From contig OY762943.1 in NCBI GenBank assembly GCA_963667145.1, positions 49,576 through 113,575 on the forward strand: a stretch of DNA of 64,000 nt, read 5' to 3'. The translations under genes and the position numbers were made by a program. The notes beneath the pieces are model-generated. The model was not told the origin of the DNA. It ran no database searches and saw nothing but the letters and a program-made list of their open reading frames with translations. This document shows, one piece after another, positions 48,125-57,672 of this stretch. The stretch is from Candidatus Cloacimonadota bacterium (GTDB lineage: Bacteria; Cloacimonadota; Cloacimonadia; G963667145). Positions within the stretch are counted from its first letter, which is position 1, and each line of letters opens with the position of its first letter.

Positions 48125-48790
48125 TTAATCTATCTCTGTTCCGCCCCACTCAACGACAACAAATCCTTCTCTTTTGAAATTTGTCAGTTTTTGTGGTTTA
48201 ATTTTCATCGGCTTTTCTAATGGCTTGTACACCATAAAAACGCGTAGGATGTTGTCAGGTTTTGGTTTTATCGATAGCTTGGCAAGATTTTCGTATTCTT
48301 CTCCTGCAAAATGGATTAAGTTGTATTCATTTTCTTGCATGAGGGGTAGCCAATACACTATAAACTCGTTGTATTCTTTGGGTTGCAATCCCAATTCGGT
48401 TAGCGATTTTTCCAAGAATTCCACCGTTTCACTGCCCTTCACCACAAATCCTTCTTCGATGTTCCATTCGTGGTCGGAGATGCTTTCCCAAAATAGATAC
48501 GAGTACTCCTTGCCGTCAGAGGTGTGGAGAGTGCCATCTGGCTCGGCGGTAACTTCCCAGCCATCATTGTATTCGGGATATGTGCAAAACAATTCTCCGT
48601 CGCAATTCAATTGAACCTTGATTTTTGTTTGAGCTTCTGGATAGAGATAAATGACTGGTTTTGCTACTCGTTGATCTCCTCTCATGCGAGGGCGGTTGCT
48701 ATCGTGATTTGTGTCAATTTCACTGAATGTTAGTAGAATTGTTGTAAGAATAACCAAAATAACGAGAACTAAAATTTTATTGGATTTCAA
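48125..48790 (-). CDS. conserved hypothetical protein (KPVIYLYP...VVEWGG type)
   Basis: N-terminal signal/anchor; KPVIYLYP, YLFWE, FIVYWLP, LRVFM and VVEWGG motifs; TTG start. Confidence 0.75.
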   Translation of the reverse strand: MKSNKILVLVILVILTTILLTFSEIDTNHDSNRPRMRGDQRVAKPVIYLYPEAQTKIKVQLNCDGELFCTYPEYNDGWEVTAEPDGTLHTSDGKEYSYLFWESISDHEWNIEEGFVVKGSETVEFLEKSLTELGLQPKEYNEFIVYWLPLMQENEYNLIHFAGEEYENLAKLSIKPKPDNILRVFMVYKPLEKPMKIKPQKLTNFKREGFVVVEWGGTEID

Positions 48791-48800
48791 ATTTTTTTTC

Positions 48801-49508
48801 CTACAAATTATCTTTAATTGAGTTTAAAAGTATCTCAACACCTTTTGAGACAGAGTATTCAATTAATTTAGTTGAACTTGAAGTCATAATATTTTTTAAG
48901 GTTTGAAAACTATATTTTCTAATTTTAGCCCAAATTTGGCATATTTTGTGGAATGTTTCAGCTTTAGTTAGTTTTCCTATGTTATCTTTTAAATTGCTTG
49001 AATCTTTTAGAATTTCAACAGTTTCATCAGATTGTTTTTCATTTTCTATAGTAGCTATGATTGAATTTATATGTTTCTCTATTGCTAGTTGTTGTTTGAA
49101 GTTATAAGGTTTAATATCTGCATCATTATCTAGAAGTTTAAGATTTTCGAAAAATTCATTTTGATATCCTTTAAGTATTGGGTCTTCATCGAAATAATCA
49201 GGTACTTTATCGTAATCTTCAATAATTTTTAACCAACTATCAAATTGTAGTTTTAAGTTTTCTATTGGAGCACTGAGAGTAGTATTTTCATTATTGAATG
49301 GGCTCATTGGTTTTTTAGATGCAATGTATGTTATTTTTGAAGCTTTGTATTCATATTTTGTTACTTCGAAATAGAAATCAGAATCAATATCTTTATCAAC
49401 AAAACTTAAGATGCAATCCTTTTTTTTACGAAATTTTATGAAATTAGATTTATTTTTGAGAAAAGGCTCTAATTCTATCAATACTTGTAATGGAATATTT
49501 TTTTTCAT
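48801..49508 (-). CDS. hypothetical protein, strongly AT-rich
   Basis: 235-aa open frame with AAGAAGAG-like RBS; no family recognised. Confidence 0.7.
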   Translation of the reverse strand: MKKNIPLQVLIELEPFLKNKSNFIKFRKKKDCILSFVDKDIDSDFYFEVTKYEYKASKITYIASKKPMSPFNNENTTLSAPIENLKLQFDSWLKIIEDYDKVPDYFDEDPILKGYQNEFFENLKLLDNDADIKPYNFKQQLAIEKHINSIIATIENEKQSDETVEILKDSSNLKDNIGKLTKAETFHKICQIWAKIRKYSFQTLKNIMTSSSTKLIEYSVSKGVEILLNSIKDNL

Positions 49509-49665
49509 GTAACTCTTCTTTTAAAGCTTTTACTTTATCAGAATTTTATACCTCATCTTGTCAACCAATTTTAACTTCCCACAACGCCAAACTCTAAATT
49601 TCTTGACTAACTGTCAAATTTACTTGTTTTTGACTGAAAATCAGGTTAAGAGGGTAGCGTAATTT

Positions 49666-50700
49666 ATGAACAAGAAAAGTGTTAGACGAAAAAAACTGTT
49701 GGATTGTCTCATTTGGGAGTATTACATCTGTCGTACTCCGTTGGCTTCCGGCACGATTTGTAGCAAATATTTCCCTGACATGAGTCCTGCCACCATTCGT
49801 AGCGACTTGGTGCATTTGGAGGATAAAGGCTATATTTATCAGCCACATACGTCCGCAGGTCGCATTCCCACGATTGCCGGTTATCGCGAATATGTTCGCC
49901 AAAACGAATTTTCCGATTTGTCTTTTGAGAAAGTGGACACGCTCAAGCGAATTGTGTGCGAGAATTTCCGAGATGCCACCACGATGTTGGACTACATTTT
50001 GCAGATTTTGGCAAGTTCTGTGGGGCAGTTGTGCTTCGTTGCCGAGCCTGAGATTAGCTACGAATATCTTCGCAATCTGAGTGTTTTCAAGATTTCTCCA
50101 GTCAAGCTCCTGTTCGTTGTCAGCCTCAGTTCTGGCTTGGACAAAACCATTTTCGTGAAGTGCGACTATCAAATAACCACTCAGCAGTTGAACGCTCTGA
50201 CTCGCTATGTAAATCAAAAATTCTCAGGGCTTCGGATTTACGACATTCAGACCAAGTATCTGCTGGATTCTGCCAACAATCAGGAGAATTCCCTGCTCAA
50301 TCTTTTTTTGCGGGAATTGTACAACGCTCTGAGTAAAATGGGTGGATATTTCTTGAATTTCGACGGAAATATCTCTTTCTTGGAACAGCCCGAGTTCGAC
50401 AGCAAAAACAACATTCTCAATTTTTTTGGAATGATGCGTCGTCAGGAGATTTTGGTCAAACTTATGCAGGAGAACGACCCGAATGATAAAGCGGGAATTA
50501 TTCTCGGGGATAGTTTGCCAGACAGTTCTTGGCGTGAGTTCGTTTTGATTTATGCCAAATACGATTTGTTTGGGATTCCGGGTTACCTCGGCACTCTCAG
50601 TCCGCTCCGCACCGACTATGCCAAAAATATTTCGTCGCTTGTGGGGATAGCTCGCACCATCACAGCCACCACTCGCGATATGGGGATTGTTCGCTATTAG
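49666..50700 (+). CDS. hrcA: heat-inducible transcription repressor HrcA
   Basis: SPATIRSDLVHLEDKGYIYQPHTSAGRIPT.GYR.YV winged helix; C-terminal GTLSPLRTDY. Confidence 0.88.
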   Translation: MNKKSVRRKKLLDCLIWEYYICRTPLASGTICSKYFPDMSPATIRSDLVHLEDKGYIYQPHTSAGRIPTIAGYREYVRQNEFSDLSFEKVDTLKRIVCENFRDATTMLDYILQILASSVGQLCFVAEPEISYEYLRNLSVFKISPVKLLFVVSLSSGLDKTIFVKCDYQITTQQLNALTRYVNQKFSGLRIYDIQTKYLLDSANNQENSLLNLFLRELYNALSKMGGYFLNFDGNISFLEQPEFDSKNNILNFFGMMRRQEILVKLMQENDPNDKAGIILGDSLPDSSWREFVLIYAKYDLFGIPGYLGTLSPLRTDYAKNISSLVGIARTITATTRDMGIVRY

Positions 50701-51731
50701 TTTTCTGTTAGCCTTGTAATATTTCCGCTTTCGTCAATTTGCAATCCACAGTTGGGTGCGTCTTCTTTGAGGAGCTTTTGCATATTTCGTATCGCTCTTT
50801 TTTTGGCATCTATCCGTGGAACTCCCCTTCCGTATTGCTTTATGGGAACAATTTTCCCGCTGGCAAACTCTCCTTGTGAGGTCAGTCGAAGCGAGAGTAT
50901 GGGAGCGATTCCGTTTGCACCTCGCAGGTTGAATCGCCCAAACGTGCAGAAGTTCCCAAGGCTGTAGATGATGAAGCGGTTTTTGTAGAGGTCGATGGTT
51001 CGGGGAACGTGCGGTCCATGCCCGAGAACGATGTCAGCTCCAGCATCAATAGCTTTGCGAGCGAACTCCCTCACATATCCTCTGTTTTCTCCGAGGAATA
51101 TTTCCGTGCTGTCAGGCGTGCGTTGGTAGTCTTTGCCTTCCGCTCCTCCGTGGAACGACACGATGACAATATCAGATTGCTTTTTCAAATTCTTTACGAC
51201 TTTTTCCAAAGTCTCGTAATCGTTGATGTAGAGTGTTCCTTTGTTGGGGGAGAATGCACAGAAGCCATATCTGACGCTATCTCTGACGATAGTTGCAGTT
51301 GGATAATTTTCGGTTCCTGCCACCGCAATTCCCAATGAATCCATCAAGAATTTGGTGGTCTCCACACCTTCGTTTCCGAAATCTTGTGAATGGTTGTTGG
51401 CGATGCTCATCAGGTCAAAACCCGCTTTTTGCAGCTCCACAGCGTAGAGGCACGGCATACGGAACAGATACGCTTTGCTACTGTCTCTCACGATTTTCAC
51501 AGGAGAAGCCGTGTCGCTGAAGCATCCTTCCAGATTTCCGAAAGTAACGTCTGCATTCTGCAAAATTGGGTGCAACGGTTGGAGAAGCTCCTCAACATTC
51601 TCAGGCAAATATTTTGCTTCTGGGAAAGAAGTTCCGAGCATTATATCTCCCACAGCAACGATGTTCATGATTTTTTCGTTTGCGTAGAGGGAAGCTGAGA
51701 TGAGTAGGCAACAGAGGATTATTTTTTTCAT
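50697..51731 (-). CDS. CapA-family (PGA_cap) metallophosphoesterase-like secreted protein
   Basis: GDIMLG, GNLE, ANNHSQDFG, SFHGG, GHGPHV, YSLGNF; signal peptide from ATG 51731. Confidence 0.85.
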   Translation of the reverse strand: MKKIILCCLLISASLYANEKIMNIVAVGDIMLGTSFPEAKYLPENVEELLQPLHPILQNADVTFGNLEGCFSDTASPVKIVRDSSKAYLFRMPCLYAVELQKAGFDLMSIANNHSQDFGNEGVETTKFLMDSLGIAVAGTENYPTATIVRDSVRYGFCAFSPNKGTLYINDYETLEKVVKNLKKQSDIVIVSFHGGAEGKDYQRTPDSTEIFLGENRGYVREFARKAIDAGADIVLGHGPHVPRTIDLYKNRFIIYSLGNFCTFGRFNLRGANGIAPILSLRLTSQGEFASGKIVPIKQYGRGVPRIDAKKRAIRNMQKLLKEDAPNCGLQIDESGNITRLTEN

Positions 51732-51821
51732 GCTCAATCCAAACCAAAAAAAAAGACTATCTGTCAATCGATTTGTGTTTGGCACAAAATTGACGATAGC
51801 CTTTAAAGGATCTATATGCAA

Positions 51822-53606
51822 TTAATTGATCATTTCTAATATTTCGGAACTCATTTTTACAAACTCTTGCAACTTCTTTGGTGAATAGTTGTTCTGCTTG
51901 ATGAGAGCCAAATCGTTGATGTATCTGCAAAGAAGCGAAATCTTGTCTTTGTCTGTCTTGGCGTTCATATTGCCCAACTTCTTTATCAGCTCGTTGTTGG
52001 AATTTATCACCAACTCATAGCCAGTAATAGACATCTTGTCTTCCTCTTGGTTCATCATGGAGTTCATCTCCATAAAGCGACGCATTTGCTCATCAAACAC
52101 AATCATCGCTGGAATATCTTTCATTTTCAGAGCTTGCACTTTCACGGTGATTTTTTTGTCGTCAAGTTGCTTTTCAAAAAGCTCTTTCAATTTGTCGGAA
52201 GCCCCTTTGCCTTTGTCGTCAATTTCCTCCACGGTGTCTTTGTCCACCATACTTTCAGCGACTTGTGCGTCCACTCTGGTAAAGCTCAAATTGTTGTCCG
52301 CCATTTCGTATTTTTGGTAGAGGTGATTGTCCAAAAGTTCGTCCGCCAAAACGACTTTGTTGCCTTCTTTGGTTAGAATTTCTATATACGGAGAGTTGGC
52401 GTCGGTTGTGTAATGCACCTTCTTTTTTTCTTCGGTTTGCTCGGCAATTAGTTCCGAAAGCGAAAGCCACTTTTTGTCAGTCGTTTGAAACAAAATAATC
52501 TCTTTGCAATTCTCAAAGAATTTCTCCTGAGTAAGCACACCGTATTTCACATATTTTTGAATGTCTTCCCAAATTTTTTCGTACTTCTTGCGGTCATCGT
52601 TAAAAAGTCGCTTCAGTTCATCACCGATTTTTTTGATGATATATCCAGTAATCTTTTGCACTTCTTTGTCGTGTTGCAAAAAGCTTCTGGAGACGTTCAG
52701 CGGAATATCAGGAATGTCGATGCCACCTTTGAGCAAGAGGAGAAATTCTGGTAAAAGCTCCTTCACGTTGTCGGCAACGAACACTCTATTGCAGAACAGT
52801 TTAACCATCCCCGTGTTACGCATGGCGTGAATATCCAGCTTGGGAAAGTACAAAATTCCTTTCAAATTGAACGGATAATCGATGTTCAAATGTATCCAAA
52901 ACAGAGGCTCTTGCCAATCGTGAAAGTACTCTTTATAAAACTCTTTGTACTCTTTTTCTTTCACTTCTTTTGGGTCTTTTTCCCACAGAGGCTCTTTTTG
53001 ATTGATGACTTTGTCCTCAAACTCAATCGGATAAGGCATAAATGTGCAGTATTTGTCCAAAATATCTTTGATTTTGTAGCTCTCGATGTAATCTTTGCTG
53101 TCGTTGTTCAGGTAGATGCTCACGGTAGTCCCAACGGTGGTACGGCTACCTTTGATCATTTTATATTCGGTTTCGCCTTCGCATTCCCAAGCGGCAGCTT
53201 CTGCACCCTCTTGGTAGGAAAGAGAATCAATGGTCACTTTGTCGGAAACCATGAAACTGGAATAAAATCCCAATCCGAAATGCCCAATGATGTCTTTGTT
53301 TTTGTATTTTTCCACAAAATCTTCTGCACCAGAAAAAGCTATTTGGTTGATGTATCTTTTTATCTCGTCAGCTGTCATTCCGATGCCAGTGTCTATCACC
53401 TTGATGCACTTATTGTCTTTGTCGATTTCTATTTTGACTTTCAGTTCCTTCTTACCAACTTTTTTGTCCATCGCCTCGCGTTTGGATAGGGCGTCAATCG
53501 CGTTGGCTATGATTTCTCTCAAAAAAATATCATGCTCGGAGTAGAGCCACTTTTTGATAATAGGAAAGATGTTTTCGGTATGAATAGATAATTTACCTTT
53601 TGCCAT
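51822..53606 (-). CDS. htpG: molecular chaperone HtpG (Hsp90)
   Basis: IFLREIIANA, DTGIGMT, IGHFGLGFYSSF, LKGILYFP, PLNVSRSFLQ. Confidence 0.96.
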   Translation of the reverse strand: MAKGKLSIHTENIFPIIKKWLYSEHDIFLREIIANAIDALSKREAMDKKVGKKELKVKIEIDKDNKCIKVIDTGIGMTADEIKRYINQIAFSGAEDFVEKYKNKDIIGHFGLGFYSSFMVSDKVTIDSLSYQEGAEAAAWECEGETEYKMIKGSRTTVGTTVSIYLNNDSKDYIESYKIKDILDKYCTFMPYPIEFEDKVINQKEPLWEKDPKEVKEKEYKEFYKEYFHDWQEPLFWIHLNIDYPFNLKGILYFPKLDIHAMRNTGMVKLFCNRVFVADNVKELLPEFLLLLKGGIDIPDIPLNVSRSFLQHDKEVQKITGYIIKKIGDELKRLFNDDRKKYEKIWEDIQKYVKYGVLTQEKFFENCKEIILFQTTDKKWLSLSELIAEQTEEKKKVHYTTDANSPYIEILTKEGNKVVLADELLDNHLYQKYEMADNNLSFTRVDAQVAESMVDKDTVEEIDDKGKGASDKLKELFEKQLDDKKITVKVQALKMKDIPAMIVFDEQMRRFMEMNSMMNQEEDKMSITGYELVINSNNELIKKLGNMNAKTDKDKISLLCRYINDLALIKQNNYSPKKLQEFVKMSSEILEMIN

Positions 53607-53682
53607 AATGTTTACTCCTTATTTAAAATTATTAGTAATCTTGAGACAAGATTTGGTAAGAGAAATTTTTGTCAAATTGTTT

Positions 53683-53709
53683 TTAGCAGTCCAATTTGTA
53701 GAGTGCCAA
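53683..53709. promoter_or_regulatory. CIRCE operator (HrcA site) upstream of htpG
   Basis: TTAGCAGTC-N9-GAGTGCCAA against consensus TTAGCACTC-N9-GAGTGCTAA (2 mismatches), next to a minus-strand TTGACA at 53675-53670. Confidence 0.85.
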
Positions 53710-53728
53710 AAAGGGAAAATAGAAACAA

Positions 53729-53768
53729 AAAAGCCACTCAAAAGTTCTTCAGAAAAAGAGTGGCTTTT
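53729..53768 (-). terminator. probable terminator of the Spy/CpxP-like gene
   Basis: AAAAGCCACTC...GAGTGGCTTTT inverted repeat just past the stop. Confidence 0.6.
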
Positions 53769-53783
53769 AACTCAACTATAAGG

Positions 53784-54212
53784 TTAAAGTTTTGCTTTTT
53801 GTTCCTTGGTCAACACGTTATAGCAATCTTGCATCATGTCGATTTTTAGTGCTTCTTTTTTGCCTCTTAGTTCGCTAATTTTTTTAACGTTACTTTTTGC
53901 TTTGGCAAAATCGTGCTTTTTCATGTTAACTCTTTTGTCGATTTTAACTTTTTGAATATCTGTATCAATCTCGAAAACTTGGTCACGATTTTTTTTGCGA
54001 ATAGCTTTCATCTTGTCTTTTTGTTCTTGGCTCAGATCTACATCGTCGAACATTGAGTATCCAGAACACATACCAGATTTTTTGTCCATCATTTGGTGAC
54101 CATCACGATTTCTACCATTGTTTTTATGTTTATTTCCATCTCCATCAGGTCCAAATGCGAAAGCAGAAGTTGCTATGCACAGAGCCATGAGTATAAATCC
54201 AAACTTTTTCAT
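53784..54212 (-). CDS. Spy/CpxP-family periplasmic protein
   Basis: Signal peptide, G/M/H-rich N-terminus, two LTxxQ motifs (LSQEQ, LTKEQ). Confidence 0.85.
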   Translation of the reverse strand: MKKFGFILMALCIATSAFAFGPDGDGNKHKNNGRNRDGHQMMDKKSGMCSGYSMFDDVDLSQEQKDKMKAIRKKNRDQVFEIDTDIQKVKIDKRVNMKKHDFAKAKSNVKKISELRGKKEALKIDMMQDCYNVLTKEQKAKL

Positions 54213-54236
54213 ATCTTTATTTCCTTTATTTTATTG

Positions 54237-54264
54237 TATACGCTTCTTTCTACTAGTAGTTTTA
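54237..54264 (-). promoter_or_regulatory. putative ECF-sigma promoter of the Spy/CpxP gene
   Basis: Minus strand TAAAAC-N16-CGTATA, 24 nt upstream of the ATG; matches the general ECF AAC/CGT pattern. Confidence 0.55.
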
Positions 54265-54294
54265 TTGTTATGAATAAGTAATTCAATTTCTAAA

Positions 54295-54477
54295 TTACTT
54301 GGTCTCACTTTTGTACTCTGGGCAATTCTCAAATCCGTTGTCTGTGCATGAGTAAGCACAACAAGATGAATTTCTTTTGCCATTTCTGTCGCAACTCCTC
54401 GTTCCACAATTTGATCCAAAAGCAAATGCAGAAACAAAGACAATGAGCATTAAAGCAGCAATTATAATACTTTTCAT
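54295..54477 (-). CDS. small secreted Cys-rich protein
   Basis: Strong GGAGG RBS, signal peptide ending SAFA-FG, 6 Cys in the ~40-aa mature part. Confidence 0.7.
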   Translation of the reverse strand: MKSIIIAALMLIVFVSAFAFGSNCGTRSCDRNGKRNSSCCAYSCTDNGFENCPEYKSETK

Positions 54478-54508
54478 TTTTCCTCCTTTCAAGGTAGCAA
54501 TTTCCTCT

Positions 54509-54859
54509 TTACTTTTTTTTATTTTGATAGTCTATCAAACATCTTACAAAGTTTTTTTCTCGTTTAACGGTTATTTTTATTAGTGAATCGCCTAAGATTA
54601 TCATCTCTTCTATTTTGGTATTATTGTCGAACATTCTGTCGGCAAGTTGCTCTCTAATCTTTCGATACTCTTTCATATCCCTGAGCAATTCCTCTCTGTT
54701 TTGCTCAAAAAATTCACGCATGACATCTTTTTTTGGAGGCTTCATTCTATGTGGAGGCTGCATAGGCATTCTTCCTCGACATTTGTAAGCTCCGATGATA
54801 AAAATAGCGTTAAAAATTAAGGAACAAACCAACAGCCCGTAAATCAGCCACTTTTTCAT
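54509..54859 (-). CDS. membrane-anchored periplasmic helical protein (periplasmic heavy-metal-sensor/CnrX-like)
   Basis: SL.FNA.F..G TM pattern, Pro/Met-rich linker, long helices; follows the anti-sigma gene. Confidence 0.6.
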   Translation of the reverse strand: MKKWLIYGLLVCSLIFNAIFIIGAYKCRGRMPMQPPHRMKPPKKDVMREFFEQNREELLRDMKEYRKIREQLADRMFDNNTKIEEMIILGDSLIKITVKREKNFVRCLIDYQNKKK

Positions 54860-55230
54860 AAGTTTTCCTCCAGATATGAGTACATGGAATTGTTGTCCAA
54901 ATTCAGCTCATTAGCGTAATCGTTGGAGAAGTAATGACCACCAAAGCTACCGACAATAGCGAACAAGATAAAGCAAGCTGCAATGGCGAATTTTTGCCAT
55001 AGGAGATAGCCGAAATCGTGCAACGAAGAAATGCGGGACAAGAAAGCTGTTTGTTCAAAAACAGGAGGTTCTGCGATGTTATATATACCGATGTTTTTTA
55101 TGTCATTGAGAAATTTCAGATTAGTTTGACATTCGGGACAGTTATTCAGATGAGTTGCGAATTTCTCACGCTGCTCTATGCTTAACTCATTGTCATAATA
55201 TTTATTTAGGTTATCACAAATCTTTTTCAT
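54856..55230 (-). CDS. zinc-binding anti-sigma factor (ZAS, zf-HC2)
   Basis: C..L..Y.DNEL......F..HLNNCPEC (HxxxCxxC) plus one TM. Confidence 0.85.
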   Translation of the reverse strand: MKKICDNLNKYYDNELSIEQREKFATHLNNCPECQTNLKFLNDIKNIGIYNIAEPPVFEQTAFLSRISSLHDFGYLLWQKFAIAACFILFAIVGSFGGHYFSNDYANELNLDNNSMYSYLEENL

Positions 55231-55243
55231 CTTGCTTACCTCC

Positions 55244-55801
55244 TTATTCGTTTTCCGTATCGATTTGTTCGTCGTTACATTCAGTAAGAGAACGCAAATA
55301 GCCGAATTCCCTCAAATTTTTTAGTTCTTCTCGCAAAAAGTTCCGCACTCTCGTCAAAACACTCTCCACAGCTTTTGAGGTTAATCCAGTGATGTCGGAA
55401 ATTTGTTTATAAGAAAACCCTTGGAAAGTTTTCAGCTCGAAAATGTCTCTGTCTTTTTGTTTGAGCTTGTCCAAAGCTTTATCGATTTGCATTCTCAGAT
55501 AGAGATTTCTGTCGCTGTGGTTGGGCTGAAATTGCAGTGTTTCTTTCAAATTTTGCTCTTTCTTATTCCGATTGCTATTGTCAATTATCATATGATAAGC
55601 AACTTTATAAAGGTAGCTTTTGGGAAATTCGAGCTTTTCAAATTCGGGATAAGTTTTGAGATAGGCGTTTTGCATAATGTCCAAACTTTTCTCGTTATCG
55701 CGTACTCTTTTCAGGATGTAGTTGTACAGCAGACCAGAAGTCTGAGTGTAAAACTTCTCAAACTTCATTTCGGTTCTTTTACTTACTTTATCTGCTGACA
55801 A
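55244..55801 (-). CDS. ECF sigma factor
   Basis: DIMQNAYLK, KSYLYKVAYH (region 2), FQGFSYKQISDI...VESVLTR (region 4); AAGGAG RBS before TTG. Confidence 0.88.
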   Translation of the reverse strand: MSADKVSKRTEMKFEKFYTQTSGLLYNYILKRVRDNEKSLDIMQNAYLKTYPEFEKLEFPKSYLYKVAYHMIIDNSNRNKKEQNLKETLQFQPNHSDRNLYLRMQIDKALDKLKQKDRDIFELKTFQGFSYKQISDITGLTSKAVESVLTRVRNFLREELKNLREFGYLRSLTECNDEQIDTENE

Positions 55802-56046
55802 TTCTTTCTCCTTATATGTGTAGAATAATTTGATTTATCAAAAGTTGTGTTGGAAATTCTGACAAACTAACTACGTCGAATTTATCAAAAATATTCTTAC
55901 TTGTAAAGCTAAAGAGTACAAAAATTGCAAATACCCTCACATTTTTCAAAATTAAGAGCGAAAGAAAATTGACAGTCAGGTATGAGGTATAAAAATTTGC
56001 CAACTTTGTGGATGAAAAATAGTGCACTAAATTGATGGAGGTAATA

Positions 56047-57672
56047 ATGAGTCGTTTTTGTGGTAACATTGTTGACCCTATAAAAAAGAAAGTTTTCCCT
56101 GGTGTTATTGAAGTTGAGAACGGTAGAATTGCTTCCATTATCGAAGAGGATGGCAAAGATTATGACAATTTTTTGCTACCTGGATTTGTAGATTCTCACA
56201 TTCATGTCGAATCTTCCATGCTGACTCCAGCTGAATTTGGCAGACTTTTGGTGCGATTTGGCACGGTTGCCACGGTTTCCGATTGTCACGAAATTGCCAA
56301 TGTAGCGGGGATTGACGGAGTAAAGTATATGTTGAGAGAAAGCCAAAAAACGCCTTTGAAGATTTTTTTTGGCATTCCTTCTTGTGTACCTGCCACGGAT
56401 TTCGATTCTTCGGGAGCCAATCTCGATGCGAACACATTGGAAGAGTTGATGAAGATGGATGAGCTTAAATATTTGGGCGAATTTATGGATTTCCCTGGCG
56501 TTATCAACATGACTCCCAAGGTGAAGGCTAAGTTGGATATGGCGAAGAAATATGGGAAATTGGTGGATGGGCATGCTCCCGAGCTTCGCGGAGACGACGC
56601 CAAAAAATACATCGATGCTGGCATCTCCACCGACCACGAATGTGTGACGATTGAGGAAGCTCTGGAGAAGATAGAGTATGGGATGAAGATTCAGATGCGA
56701 CAAGGCGTTGCGGTCAAAAATTTTGACGATTTAATTCCTATCGGTCATGACAATTTTGAGAATTGTATGTTTTGTTCCGACGATGTCCATCCTGATGTGT
56801 TGCTTCGCGGTCATATGAACTTGCTGGTGCAGAAAGCTGTGCGAAGAGGAATTGGGATTTTCAAGGTGTTGCAAATGGTGAGCGTTAACCCCGTGAAGCA
56901 CTACGGAATGGATGTTGGACTATTGCAGGTTGGTGATTCAGCGGACTTCATTGAGATGGAAGATTTGCAGTATTTCGATGTTCTGCGAACAGTGATAAAC
57001 GGCGAAGTTGTTTTTGAAAAAGGGCAAGAAATTTTGCAGTACAGAGAGCCTGAAATCATCAATAATTTTGTAGCTAAATGTCCAACGAATTTGGATGTGC
57101 CTTGCCAAGTGGGCAAAATTAACGTGATAGAATTGGTGGAAAATCAGGTTTTGACCAAGCGGATAGAAGTTGAGCCGAAAGTGGAAAGCGGGAAGGTGGT
57201 TTGTGATGTGGATAGAGATTTGCTGAAGATTGTCAATCTGAATCGCTATCAGGATAATGCGAAACCGGCGATAGCTTTTGTAAAGGGCTTTGGCTTGCAA
57301 AAAGGTGCTATTGCCAGTAGCGTGGCACACGATAGCCACAATATTTTGGCAGTTGGGACTAACGATGCCGATATTTTACGAGCGATGGAGATGATAACTG
57401 AAAACAAGGGTGGCATCGTTTTTGTGGATGGAGACACGGAGTTCATTTTGCCGTTGCCTGTGGGTGGCATCATGAGTAATTTGCCGTATTCGGAAGTTGC
57501 CAAAAGTTACAGAAAATTGGAAGAGCTTAGTCGAAATGCAGGTTCGCCTCTTTTTTCTTCGTATATGAGTTTGTCTTTCCTCACATTATTGGTCATTCCC
57601 GAAATAAAAATTAGCGATAAAGGATTGTTTGATTCGGTCAATTTCCGATTCATAGATTTGTATGCAAATTAA
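56047..57672 (+). CDS. ade: adenine deaminase
   Basis: PGFVDSHIHVESSML, DCHEIANV, DGHAP, TDHEC, SDD, SVAHDSHN, LSFLTLLVIPEIK. Confidence 0.93.
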   Translation: MSRFCGNIVDPIKKKVFPGVIEVENGRIASIIEEDGKDYDNFLLPGFVDSHIHVESSMLTPAEFGRLLVRFGTVATVSDCHEIANVAGIDGVKYMLRESQKTPLKIFFGIPSCVPATDFDSSGANLDANTLEELMKMDELKYLGEFMDFPGVINMTPKVKAKLDMAKKYGKLVDGHAPELRGDDAKKYIDAGISTDHECVTIEEALEKIEYGMKIQMRQGVAVKNFDDLIPIGHDNFENCMFCSDDVHPDVLLRGHMNLLVQKAVRRGIGIFKVLQMVSVNPVKHYGMDVGLLQVGDSADFIEMEDLQYFDVLRTVINGEVVFEKGQEILQYREPEIINNFVAKCPTNLDVPCQVGKINVIELVENQVLTKRIEVEPKVESGKVVCDVDRDLLKIVNLNRYQDNAKPAIAFVKGFGLQKGAIASSVAHDSHNILAVGTNDADILRAMEMITENKGGIVFVDGDTEFILPLPVGGIMSNLPYSEVAKSYRKLEELSRNAGSPLFSSYMSLSFLTLLVIPEIKISDKGLFDSVNFRFIDLYAN

